From Octopus sinensis (Eukaryota): a stretch of DNA of 31,480 nt. Of this stretch, positions 11,079-22,771 are shown one piece after another; positions within the stretch are counted from its first letter, which is position 1; each line of letters begins with the position of its first letter. Location of the stretch: contig NW_021832963.1 in NCBI RefSeq assembly GCF_006345805.1, forward strand, positions 1 to 31,480, read 5' to 3'. A program made the translations under genes and the position numbers. Under the pieces are notes generated by a model, which ran no database searches, was not told the origin of the DNA, and saw only the letters and a list, made by a program, of their open reading frames with translations.

Positions 11079-11112
11079 TTTGACGTTTCGAGCCTATGCT
11101 CTTCGACAGAAA
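11079..11112 (-). ncRNA. Minimal type I hammerhead-like motif (Penelope pLTR / retrozyme type), core variant A6U
   Basis: Minus strand: uuu-CUGUCGA-A-GAGC-AUAG-GCUC-GAAAC-GUC-aaa. Palindromic ACGU stem III, as in the dimer-forming minimal hammerheads of Penelope-like elements. Confidence 0.7.
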
Positions 11113-11209
11113 GAATTAAGAACGAAAATAAACGGAGAAAAAGAAAAACCGCAGAAAAAACTGTGTGGAGTTTAACAATGTATGTATGTATGTATGTATT
11201 ATGTATGTA

Positions 11210-11244
<35 letters not shown>

Positions 11245-11380
11245 TGTATGTAGGTATGTATATACAAAATTTAGAGGACTGACCACTAAAAGTGGACAGC
11301 CTATACGCTAGGTATAGACGTCAAAATCGCTATTTTCAACGAAAATCGTTTTTCGTATATTTTCATTTGTTTTGCTTATT

Positions 11381-11458
11381 TGTAGTGGTGATAGTGGTGC
11401 CGGTTGTGGTTGTAGTAGATGTGACTGTGACAGTAGTAGTAGTGGCAGCAGCAGTAAC

Positions 11459-11497
<39 letters not shown>

Positions 11498-11499
11498 AA

Positions 11500-11533
<34 letters not shown>

Positions 11534-11805
11534 TGTAGTGGCAGCAGCAGTGACAGCAGCAGCAGTAGTAGTAGTAGTAGTAGTAGTAGCAACAGCAGCA
11601 ACAGTAGCGGCGGTGGTGGTTGTGGTGGTGGTGGTTGTGGTGGTGGTGGTTGTAGTGGTGGTGGTGTAGTGGTGGTGGCGGCGGTGGTGGTTGTGGTGGT
11701 GGTGGTGGTGGTGGTAGTGATGGTTGTGGTGGTTGTTGTAGTGGTTGTGGTGGTGGTGGTGGTGGTGGTGGTGGTGGTGGTGGTGGCGGCGGCTGCGGCG
11801 GTGGT
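11381..11805. repeat. Compound (GTA)n/(GCA)n/(GTG)n trinucleotide array
   Basis: Visible directly; begins right where the palindrome's right arm stops. Confidence 0.95.
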
Positions 11806-12034
11806 AAGAACAACATAATTACCAACGATATCCACGCAGCTGATCTTACATCTGATTCTCATTTCATTCTGTCTCGCTGACTTTCAATTTAAGAGGATCA
11901 ACAACAACAACAACAGCAGCATAAATGACGACGATGATGACGACGCCGACATAACCGCCAGCAACGACAACAACAACAACAGCTACAATAACGACGATAA
12001 AATAAAATTAAAAGTAGCCACAGGAACAATAACT

Positions 12035-12618
12035 ATTTCAAATTTTTGCCACAAGGGTAGTTTGGGGGAGGTGAAGGTGAGTCGATGACATCGACCCCAG
12101 TGTTCAACTGGTACTCAATTTATCGACCTCGAAAGATGAAAAAAGCAAAGCCGACCGCGGCGGAATTTGAACTCAGAACGTAGCGAGAGGTAAAATACCG
12201 CTAGGCATTTCGTCTAGCGTGGTAGCGTTTCTTTCCTATTCTAGGCACAAGGGCCGAAATTTTGGCGGGGAGGGGTGGCCAGTCGATTAGATCGACCCCA
12301 GTACGCAACTGGTAGTTAATTTATCGACCCCTAAAGGATGAAAGGCAAAGTCGACCTCGGTGGAATTTGAACTCAGAACGTAACGGCAGACGAAATACCT
12401 ATTTCTTTACTACCCACATGTGGCTAAACACAGAGAGGACAAACGGATTAAGTCGATTATATCGACCCCAGTGCGTAACTGGTGCTTAATTTATCGACCC
12501 CGAAAGGATGAAAGGCAAAGTCGACCTCGGCGGAATTTGAACTCAGAACATGAAGACAGACGAAATATCGCTAAGCATTTCGCCAGGCGTGCTACCGATT
12601 CTGCCAGCTCACAGCCTT
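12035..12618 (-). mobile_element. Tandem trimer of SINE family A (full copy about 12618-12400, head-truncated copies 12399-12232 and about 12231-12035)
   Basis: Three GGAATTTGAACTCAGAAC B-box complements; tail-to-body junctions at 12399/12400 and about 12231. Confidence 0.9.
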
Positions 12619-12749
12619 CAACATCGCAAATAATGACAACTAGAACAAACACAATATCAACAACAACAACAACAACAACAATAGCAGTAGCATGAATATA
12701 CAGGAGGACACAATACGACAAGACTACGAAATAATAAGAATAAAAGACC

Positions 12750-12908
12750 GGTACTCCGTCGGTTACGACGACGAGTGTTCCAGTGGACCCGACCAACGGA
12801 ACAGCCTTCTCGTGAAATTAATGTGTAAATGTCTAAACACTCCACAGACAGGCATACCCTTAACGCAGATCTCGGTGGCACGACTCGCCCTTTTGAAATA
12901 CAAGTACT
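12750..12908 (-). mobile_element. Probable 3' half of a third short interspersed repeat
   Basis: GC-richer structured segment ending (minus) ctcgtcgtcgtaaccgacggagtac. Resembles an octopus repeat I recall; only one copy in this window. Confidence 0.4.
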
Positions 12909-12909
12909 C

Positions 12910-13272
12910 CCTCTTTACTTGTTTCAGTCATTTGACTGTGGCCATGCTGGAGCACCGCACAGCTACTCCTACACCTAATCACAATAAAACAGGAAAAGCT
13001 TTTGATTTGGAGCCGCAAACAAACCAACACCGGCTGTCAAGCGGTGGTGAGAGACAAACACGAGCACAAAGAGACACAGGCACAAATATATGCATACAAT
13101 ATATCTTTATACGTCGAGCTTCTTTCAGTTTCCGTCTACCAAACCCATTAAGAAGGCCTTGATTGGCTTTAGACTATAGCCGAAGACACTTGCCCAAGGT
13201 GCCACGCAGTGAGACTGAACCCGGAACTACGTGACTGAGAAGCAAATGTCTTACCACAACAGCCACCCCTGC
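12910..13272 (-). mobile_element. CORE-SINE family B, internally rearranged
   Basis: gaagacacttgcccaaggtgccacgcagtgagactgaaccc core/B-box and tttacttgtttcagtcatttgactgtggccatgctggagcaccgc tail. Confidence 0.85.
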
Positions 13273-14039
13273 ACCTCAACATAAGCTCCGCCGAAAATTA
13301 CTAACAAATGTTCACGTCTCTTTATGGACAGAAAAGGGAGGGTTTTTTTTTTTTCTATTTTCATCTGTATCTGGAGATTCACGGAAGAACAAGTACCCAC
13401 GTTTTCTATACACGAGTGTTTCTTATGTTGGAAACATTTGCTGTCTTCAGCTAGCATTTTCCATGCCAATATAGCTTGTTAGAGAGCTGAAACAGCGTGA
13501 GAGAAACGCCAACAGCTGTAACGCATCCGGAATGTAACCGCAAAATGATTGACTTATTCATATAGATTCATACTAGCCAAAAGCCTGGTTTCGGAATGGC
13601 ACTTGGTACAATGACGCATCTTTCCTTCCTTCTTTCTTCCTTCCTTTCCTTCCTTTCCTTTCTTTCTTCCTTTCTTCCTTCCTTTCTTTTTTTTTTTGTT
13701 CTGGCAACTTACTCCGAAATATTATTGAGTTAATGGATAATTTGAATGTTCTGCTTGAAAGTGGAATTGTAATATAATTGGCCAACAAAACGGATATGCG
13801 TTAATACTGTGTCTCGTTTGTTGAAGTATTTGTTGATTATATTTGTTTCACTTAGGAACGTGGCCAATCTTTTGCAGGGAAACAAAATTAAAAGAGACGA
13901 AATAAATCAAATCAAATATAATATATATCTCCAGTATTTCAATAATCGACCAATTCCTAAGGAAAATGAAAAGGGGGGAACGTATGGACGTCATTTGGTT
14001 TCAATCTTTAAGCATTGCAAATCGTTGCTCTTGAAATTT

Positions 14040-14420
14040 GATTCTCTTGCTTGCTTCAGTCAAATGACTACGGCCATACTGGAGCACCACCTTGAAGGAG
14101 TAATTTTTTTAGTCGAACGAATCGAGACTAGGACTTATTTCTTGGCCCTACTAGTACTTGTTCTATCGGTCTGTTTTGCCAGCACCGGTTGTCAAGCGGT
14201 GATGGGGGACAAACAGACAAAGATACACACATGAATATATACATAAATATATAGACGACGGGATTCTTTCAGTTTCCACCTACCAAATTCACTCCCAAGG
14301 TTTTGGTCGACCAGGAGCTAAAGTAGAAGGCACTTGCCCATGGAGCCACGCAGTGGGACTGAACCCGGAACCATATGGTTGGAAAGCAAGCTTCTTACTA
14401 CACAGCCATGTCTGAGCCTA
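14040..14420 (-). mobile_element. CORE-SINE family B
   Basis: Same blocks as 2885-3321 (cacttgccca..ccacgcagtgggactgaacccggaacc). Confidence 0.85.
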
Positions 14421-14479
14421 GCTCAGATTTATCGATACTCGTTTCAGATCAAGCATCAATTGAGCTTGTTGTAGGATAC

Positions 14480-14592
14480 TAGCAACTCGACTGGTATTTT
14501 ATATCATCGAACCAACGAGAAGGAATGAAAAAGGCAGTTTGGGGATGGAGTGGGATTTGAACGCAGGACGACAATGGTTGTAACTAAATACA
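14480..14592 (-). mobile_element. Very decayed SINE family A-like fragment
   Basis: ctggtattttatatcatcgaacc...ggaatgaaaaaggc...gggatttgaacgcag. Confidence 0.5.
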
Positions 14593-14687
14593 TGAATAGA
14601 GAGAAAGAGTGAGGATGAGTAAAGGATAGAATTTTTGAAAGATAGGATAAGATAAGGAGAAAATAGGTGAGATAATAAAAGAAAGAG

Positions 14688-17050
14688 TTAGAGAGAGTGA
14701 AATAGTAGTATGACAGATTGAATGAGAAATAGTTTGAGAGAAAATATTTTCCTATCCTTCCTTAATACCTATCTCTTTACTACCCACAAGGGGCTAAACA
14801 CAGAGGGGACAAACAAGGACAGACAAACGGATTAAGTCGATTATATCGACCCCAGTGCGTAACTGGTAGTTAATTTATCGACCCCGAAAGGATGAAAGGC
14901 AAAGTCGACCTCGGCGGAATTTGAACTCAGAACGTAGATGCAGATGAAATACCTATTTCTTTACTACCCACAAGGGGCTAAACACAGAGAGGACAAACAA
15001 GGACAGACAAACGGATTGAGTCGATTATATCGACCCCAGTGCGTAACTGGTAGTTAATTTATCGACCCCGAAAGGATGAAAGGCAAAGTCGACCTCGGCG
15101 GAATTTGAACTCAGAACGTAACAGCAGACGAAATACGGCTACGCATTTCGCCCAGCGTGCTAACAGTTCTGCCAGCTCGCCGCCTTATTCCTCCTTAATA
15201 CCGGTTCCCATATGCTATTTATATCTGCACTCGGTCTACTAAGGAGGTTATTGTGTCCTAGCATATGTGCTGCTTCTTTTAGTTTTCGTATTTTTCAGTG
15301 GTGTTCTCTGTCTATTATTTTAAGTTCATCCCACAGGGGGAGATGGTCTCCATTTTTCCATACATGTTAAGCTATACTCGATTTATCAATATCTCCCCGT
15401 GTCACAGCTTTGCGATGTTCCTCTACCGTTATTTTGAGGGGGCTGCATGTTTCGCCTTTATATAACCTACCACAGCTGCATGGGATGGAGTACACGCAGT
15501 TTTTGGTCATATTCTCTTCTATTGATGGAGACATTTGCGAAGTGTTGTATTACTCTTGAATACTGTCCTGATGTCATATGAACCACATATCTTCTGTATC
15601 TTTTCGGAGAGGTCTTTCACATAGGGTAGACAGACTGTGAACAGTTTATTGGTTTCATCCTCTCTTTTCTTCATAATTTGAGTAGATAGTATGTTTTGGG
15701 GGTAGTTGTTGCTTAATAGGTTATTGCTGAACTTGATCATTTCTTCGTGGTGGATATCACGATCGCTACTTATATTGTTTGCTCGATGTTTTAGGCACCG
15801 AGCAGTTCCTCTCTTTACACTGTATGGATAGTGAGAATTGAAGTTAAGGTATCGTCCGGTGAAGGTCGGCTTGCGGTATACGGATGTCCTGAATCCATAC
15901 TTTGTGCATATTATTAATATGTCCAGGAATGCTAGCTGATTGTCGTTTTCCTTTTCCATTGTGAACTGTAAGGCTGGCTTTATTGTGTTCACATGATCTA
16001 ACAGCACTTGTACATCTTCCTGGTGGGGCCAGAGAATAAAGGTGTCATCAACATATCGCAGCCGTAGGGTTGGTTTTAGTGGTGTTGATCCTAAAGCCAA
16101 ATTCTCAAAGTATTCCATGTATATATTGGCTGTTATCGATGATAATCCCGAACCCATAGCTAAACCCGCTTCTTGTCAATATATATCAGTATCCATCCTG
16201 AAATAGGTAGTTTCTACACAGAAGGTCAACATTTCCAGCAAGTTTCTTATTGGTATACTAGTGCGTTCTTTTAGATGGGTGTCCGTCACTAACTGTTCTT
16301 GAATCACCGATAGTCCTTCAACAGTTGGGACTTTGGTGAACAGGTTTATCACATCTAGACTCACCATCTGGTTGGATTCAATGGGGGTATCCTTGATCAA
16401 TTCTGTGAAGTGGGTAGAATTCTTCACGTACGATATTGACTTTCCTGCTAATGGACTGCCACAAGGAAGCGGCTCAGTGGATGACATGCTGAACCTCAAC
16501 AGCTCACGATAGGTGTGAATGGAATACAATCCTTGTGAATCTTAGGCAGACCGTACATGTGTGGTAGTTTACTGTAGTGTTGAGTCAGTTGTCTGTATTT
16601 CATTGGTGTAAAATGATCCTCGTTCTTGATCAAGATCTGTGACAACTTCCTCTCTGTTTTCAAAGTAGGCTCTTTCTTTCATTTGCTGTAGCTACCATCA
16701 CTTATAAGACTTGCCAACTTTTCAAAGTAGTCAGACTTGTTCATCACCACTGTAGTATTTCCCTTGCCCGCTGGAAGTATTATGATGGAATTGTCAATCT
16801 GTAATCTTTTGATAGCGAACTTTTCTTCATTAGTGATATTTGGTTTGGGAAATTTCACTTTTCCCAGTACCTGTCTCACTTTCCACCTTAGTTCATCTCC
16901 CTGAGCTTTTGGTATATTTACGGTTATCTCTTCAATAGGGGCTATTATATCCAAATATAGAATGCGCTTCGTGGTTGTTGCAAAGTTGAGACCTTTGTTC
17001 AGTACTGCTTCTTCAGAGCTTTCTAGATATCGGCTACTTACATTAATTAC
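14688..17050 (-). mobile_element. Penelope-like retroelement (Penelope/Poseidon type), pseudogenised RT + GIY-YIG ORF
   Basis: Manual translation: VINVSSRYL..EEAVLNKGLNFA (N-terminus), ILPAGKGNTTVVMN, MYGLPKIHK..P..PIVS, VSLDVINLFTKVP, MGSGLSSITANIYME, RYVDDTF, FLD, YRKPTFTGRYLNFNSHYP, LPYVKDLSEKI, then NCVYSIPCSCGRLYKGET...EEH...IA*HVW...RKLKEA (GIY-YIG). Several stops and frameshifts. With the SINE removed, the frame reads WEPVLRKDRK... to TAA at 14688-14690. Confidence 0.95.
14770..15185 (-). mobile_element. Young SINE family A dimer inserted at the 3' end of the Penelope ORF, with a 17-bp TSD
   Basis: Full copy 15185-14954 plus head-truncated copy 14953-14770, nearly identical. TSD tatccttccttaatacc (14753-14769) versus tattcctccttaatacc (15186-15202), 15/17. 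Confidence 0.95.
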
Positions 17051-17139
17051 TGAGCATAATCCTATGAACCCGGAAAAATTTTAAACAGAGGGTTACTTAC
17101 TTGCAAACAAATGTGTTAATATGTGTCATTATTAACTGA

Positions 17140-17379
17140 GGTTAACGGGGTCTTTTCCGCTGGCTTTTCATTCCACGGATAAACCTTATCTGCTTCCCCC
17201 TTTACACTTTACATCATGATATTTCTGAGATACACGATCCCTATTGATCGTTTTTTCCCTTTTTACGACCCCTTTTGATCGAAAACCTACCCCACTTTTT
17301 TTTCTCCCCAAAAACAAAAGCTCTATTTTGTAATCTGTCCCATCTGTGTGCAGCCCTGTATAGCTAATAAAGAAACATA
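17140..17379 (+). mobile_element. 3'-UTR/tail fragment of an unclassified LINE (family C)
   Basis: cgaccccttttgatcgaaaacc...aaaagctcta...tgtcccatctgtgtgcagccctgtatagctaataaagaaa; homologous to 22268-22417 and 27848-28066. Confidence 0.75.
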
Positions 17380-17469
17380 ATTACTGCATTTACAGGTGGG
17401 TGACGGAGTTCAGTTTTCATTCTCTGACCTTTGAGTTTCATAAACTACTTAACCTGGCGTGAAATTGAA

Positions 17470-17660
17470 ATGGTGAAGACTGGCAAAATAATTACCACGC
17501 CGGGAATCATTATCACTCAGCAGCATTTCTTCATTTCATACTCCTCTAGGTACTAAGTTCAAATATCATTGAGATCAACAATGCCTTTCGGGGGCAATAA
17601 ATTAAGTACCAAAATATGTACCCGAAATTAGTGTCCTTGAGCCAAAATTTAAAATCAATA
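17470..17660 (+). mobile_element. Decayed SINE family A
   Basis: ctggcaaaat...aagttcaaat...gcctttcgggggcaataaattaagtacc. Confidence 0.7.
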
Positions 17661-17814
17661 ATATTTAATCAAAAAACATATAATTGGCTTTTTTAAAACA
17701 TCAAATGGTTATGGAGTGTCTAGTAGCGTGAAATAGGGATCAGAAGGGGTTGATATGCAAAACATGGTTCAAAATGACAGGATTAAAGAGATGCTATAGT
17801 AGTAAAACATCAAG

Positions 17815-18000
17815 CCACCGCCAATCCGTACCCCATCGTATTTCCTAATCACATCACGCCATATCATACGATAGTACATCACATTACACCTACCTAATCG
17901 CGCCACACTAGTCCACACCTCTGCAGAATACGCTAGATCCCCACCCCGCCACGCCTCGCTAGCCAGACCACACTGCGCCAAGACATGCCACACCACGCTT
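17815..18000. repeat. Decayed pentanucleotide (CCACA/CATCA-like) repeat
   Basis: Approximately 5-bp periodicity in a C/A-rich tract; similar at 18670-18780. Confidence 0.55.
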
Positions 18001-18039
18001 CATTATATAATTTTCTACAAATAACACACATACAGATAT

Positions 18040-18119
18040 GCAAACATATTTTGAGGCATATATGTGAATATGTGTGTGTACATCATATATACATATGTGT
18101 ATAAATATATATATATAAC

Positions 18120-18151
<32 letters not shown>

Positions 18152-18559
18152 ATATATATCATGTATATACATTTAACATGTTTAATATATATTTATATAT
18201 TATATATATATGTATGTATATATATATATATAAAACACACACACACATATATATATATATAAATATATATATATTTATATATATCATATATATACATACA
18301 TATATTGACAGACATAATATATATGTACATACATACACAAATACACACACACACATTAACACCCATACATACATAGACATATATATAATATATATACACA
18401 CACGCACGCACACACAGACACACACATACAAACATGCATCCATACATATACATATATATATATATATACATACACACACTAACACCCATAAATGCATAGA
18501 CATACATATAATATACACACACAAACACCCATACATAGATATATACACACACAAACACC

Positions 18560-18597
<38 letters not shown>

Positions 18598-18665
18598 TAC
18601 ACACACAAGCATACATATAGATAAACACACACACACACAAACACACACACTAACACCCATACATA
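18040..18665. repeat. Compound (TA)n/(CA)n/(CATA)n microsatellite
   Basis: Visible directly. Confidence 0.9.
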
Positions 18666-18934
18666 CAGACTAAAACATAGACACCAGACCTCCTCGCCAC
18701 AGCCCCGATATCCATCACATCGTATCTCATCAGACATCAGAACCTTTACAGCATCTTTTACCAAAATACAACCAAAATTGGATTCCGTTTACAATGCAGT
18801 ATTATGTAATACATTGATTTCTCTTTTCCTCTTTTCAATTCATTTGTTCCTTTATTTTTTTTTTTACACTCTATATTATTGTTGTTGGTGCTGTTGCTAT
18901 TGTTGGTCAGATTTAGATTAAAAAGAATTATTAT

Positions 18935-19155
18935 TAACGAGTTTCTAGAATCGTTAAAGCATCGGGCGAAATGCGCAGCAGTATATTTCGACGCTCTTAA
19001 CGGTCTGAGTTCAAATGCCGTCGAAGTCGACTTGGCATTTCATCTTTTTGGGTGGCGGTCGATAAAATAAGGAACGGTTGAATATTAGTGCCTATGTGAT
19101 CGGCAACCCCACCACCCATCGAATTCCTGGCCTTATGCCAAAATTTGAAACCATT
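18935..19155 (+). mobile_element. SINE family A (tail type A), diverged
   Basis: agaatcgttaaagcatcgggcgaaatgc...ctgagttcaaatgccgtcgaagtcgac...ggccttatgccaaaatttgaaacc. Confidence 0.8.
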
Positions 19156-19159
19156 ACTC

Positions 19160-19421
19160 TTTTTATTTTACTCTTTTATTTGCTTCAATCATTTAACTGC
19201 AGCCGTACTGGAGCACCGCATTTAGTCGAGCAAATCGTCCCCACGACTTATTCTTTGTAAGCCTAATACTTATTCTATCGGTCTCTTTTACCGAACCGCT
19301 AAGTTACGGGGACGTAAACACACCGGCTTCGGTTGTCAAGCGATGTTGGGGGGACAAACACAAACACAGACGCACAAACATATACACATACACATACATC
19401 ATACATACATACATACATACA

Positions 19422-19500
<79 letters not shown>

Positions 19501-19504
19501 ATAT

Positions 19505-19548
<44 letters not shown>

Positions 19549-19714
19549 ATATACGACGGACATCTTTCGGTTTCCGTCTACCAAATCCACTCACAAGGCT
19601 TTGGTTGGCCCGAGGCTATATTAGAAGACACTTGCCCAAGGTGCCACGCAGTGGGACTGAACCTAGAACCATGTGGTTCGTAAGCAAGCTACTTACCACA
19701 GTGCCACTCCTACG
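19160..19714 (-). mobile_element. CORE-SINE family B, full length with an expanded internal microsatellite of about 190 bp
   Basis: All blocks collinear with 2885-3321. Confidence 0.9.
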
Positions 19715-20127
19715 CATCTGATTCATTTATTTATCTCCAAGAAAATATTAATATTTTGCCTGGTGATTGTCGAAGACAGTAATTAATGCCTTCGTGGTGT
19801 TTTGATTAGAATTAACGAATAAATACTCAGAAGTCTTTTATTTCATTTCAGCGCCGTGCATCTTTGGAAGGTTCTAGTGGCATATCTGTTTTCCGTAAAA
19901 AAAAAAAAAGAGATTGCTAGAGTTGTTAGTCCCTCACTCCTCAAACCTTCTATATTTCTGGGGGGAAACTGATACAATTGGTGGGTCCTCCAAGCTCATC
20001 TTGCGACACAACGGCGCCGAGATACTAAAAGACAGACAGACAGAAAGAGAGAAGAGAGAGAGAGAGTGAGAGAGAGAGAAACAGAGAGAGAGAAACTGAG
20101 AGAGAGATATAAACAGGCAACAGACAG

Positions 20128-20232
20128 ATACCAATAGAATAACTGGTAGGCTTACAAAGAATAAGTCCTGGGATCAGCTTATTCGACTAAAGGCGGTACT
20201 CTAGCGTGGCCGCAGTCAAATCATTGCAACAA
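20128..20232 (+). mobile_element. CORE-SINE family B 3' tail fragment
   Basis: ggcttacaaagaataagtcctggg...cgactaaaggcggtactctagcgtggccgcagtcaaat. Confidence 0.8.
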
Positions 20233-20258
20233 ATAGATACATACATACATAGACAGAC

Positions 20259-20289
<31 letters not shown>

Positions 20290-20369
20290 CAGAGAGATAT
20301 GTTCCGTCTTTCCGTTACGTATTCTTTGAACCTAAGACTAAATAAAAAAAATAACTTGTGGATAATTGT

Positions 20370-21155
<786 letters not shown>

Positions 21156-21160
21156 TTGTC

Positions 21161-21400
21161 GTTTTAATGCAAGTTTACTGCACTAATCAAACTTGTGTGC
21201 ACCTGCTAACTGCAGACTGCATAGGTCACCGCTGCGCACTTACAGGTCTCTTTGACCTCAACTATACACAGCAGCAACAGTCTTGCCACAAATCAGAATT
21301 AACTGAGCACAACGAACGTCCGGTCTGTGTGAGGCGTCCAACGAAATGAGCATCGAAATCTATCGATCCCATTCAGACTCCAAATCGATTAGTCTTCCAG
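21161..21400 (-). mobile_element. Possible 3' end of a CR1-like LINE
   Basis: Minus strand gives a frameshifted ..NRLESEWDR* (compare the CR1 terminal FKxRLDxxW) followed by a UTR-like stretch ending at simple repeats. Weak. Confidence 0.3.
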
Positions 21401-21419
21401 AATATTATGTTACGCATGT

Positions 21420-21985
21420 TATGTGTGTGTGTGTTTATGTATGTATGTATGTATGTATGTATGTGTGTGTATCTATGTATGTATGTATGTATGTATGTGT
21501 GTGTGTATCTATGTATGTATGTATGTGTGTGTGTATGTGTGTGTGTGTATGTAAGTATGTATGTATGTATGTATGTATGTGTGTGTGTATCTATGTATGT
21601 ATGTATGTATGTGTGTGTATGTGTGTATGTATGTATGTATGTATGTATGTATGTATGTATGTATGTATGTATGTGTGTATGTATATGTATTTATGTATGT
21701 ATGAATGTGTATGTGTATGTATGTATCTATGTATGTATGTATGTCTACGTATGTATGTTGGTATGTATGTATGATTATATGTATGAATGCTGGTAGGTAG
21801 GTATGTATGCATGTGTGTGTATGTATGTGTGTATGAATGTATGTGTGTATGCATGCATGTCTGTATATGTGTGTATATGTGTATGTATGTGTGTATATGT
21901 GTATGTATACGTGTATGTATGTGTATGTATGTGTGTATGTATGTGTGTATGTATGTATGTATGTATGTATGCATATGTTTCTAAA

Positions 21986-22027
<42 letters not shown>

Positions 22028-22035
22028 TGTGTTGT
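21420..22035. repeat. (TATG)n/(TG)n compound microsatellite
   Basis: Visible directly. Confidence 0.95.
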
Positions 22036-22267
22036 GATTTGTAGAGAGAGAAAGACTGGGAGAGAGAACAAGAGAAGAGGGAGACGAGTAACGAAAGAAT
22101 AAACGGTTGAAGAATAATTGGAATGAATTCATTTGTTTATTGCTTCGACCTCTGGATAAATACCTTATGTGTGCTTCTATGGACGAACAACCATCTATCA
22201 GTCTGTGTATCTGCCTCTCAGTCTGTCTGTCTATCTATCTAATCTAGCTATGTGTCTGTGTCTATTT

Positions 22268-22417
22268 TATCCCACCCCCTTTTTTGTCCTCTTTCTTTCC
22301 TTTTACGATCCCTTTTGATCGAAAACCAAACCGCCTTTTGTTTACCCCCAAAAGAAAAGCTCTACCTTGTAATTTTGTCCTGTCTGTGTGCAGCCCTGTG
22401 TGGCTAATAAAGAAACA
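22268..22417 (+). mobile_element. LINE family C 3' tail fragment followed by (CTAT)n
   Basis: cgatcccttttgatcgaaaacc...ctgtgtgcagccctgtgtggctaataaagaaaca, then (CTAT)n at 22418-22468. Confidence 0.8.
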
Positions 22418-22467
22418 TATCTACCTATCTACCTATCTATCTATCTATCTATCTATCTATCCATCTA

Positions 22468-22771
22468 TCAAGCAAATCGACTCCAGGACTTATTCTATCG
22501 GTCACTTTTGCCGAACTACTTAGTTACGAGGACGTAAACACATCACCATCGGTTGTCAAGTGATGTTGGGGGGGGGTGGCAAGCACAGACGCACAAATAT
22601 ATACACACACATACATATATACGACGGGCTTCTTTCAGTTTCCATTTACCAAATCCACTCACAAGGCTTTGGTCGGCTCGAGGCTATAGTAGAAGACACT
22701 TGCCCAAGGTTCCACGCAGTGGGACTGAACCTAGAACCACGTGGTTCGTAAGCAAGCTACTTACCACACAG
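22468..22771 (-). mobile_element. CORE-SINE family B, truncated at both ends
   Basis: gaagacacttgcccaaggttccacgcagtgggactgaacc; ggacgtaaacac. Confidence 0.9.

Larger units (their letters stand above)
10541..11379. repeat. Large palindrome / inverted duplication centred on (TA)6 at 11019-11030
   Basis: Outer arms 10541-10674 and 11246-11379, and inner arms 10861-11018 and 11031-11180, are near-perfect reverse complements. The arms differ mainly in microsatellite length. Confidence 0.95.

Noticed and set aside
13809-14234. 141-aa ORF with a hydrophobic N-terminus
   Set aside because: Non-ATG start, second half is antisense SINE, and no recognisable domain.
14770-15185. Near-identical direct repeats that could be read as LTRs or a CRISPR-like array
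   Set aside because: They are SINE units with Pol III boxes; there are no unique spacers, no cas genes and no TG...CA LTR ends.
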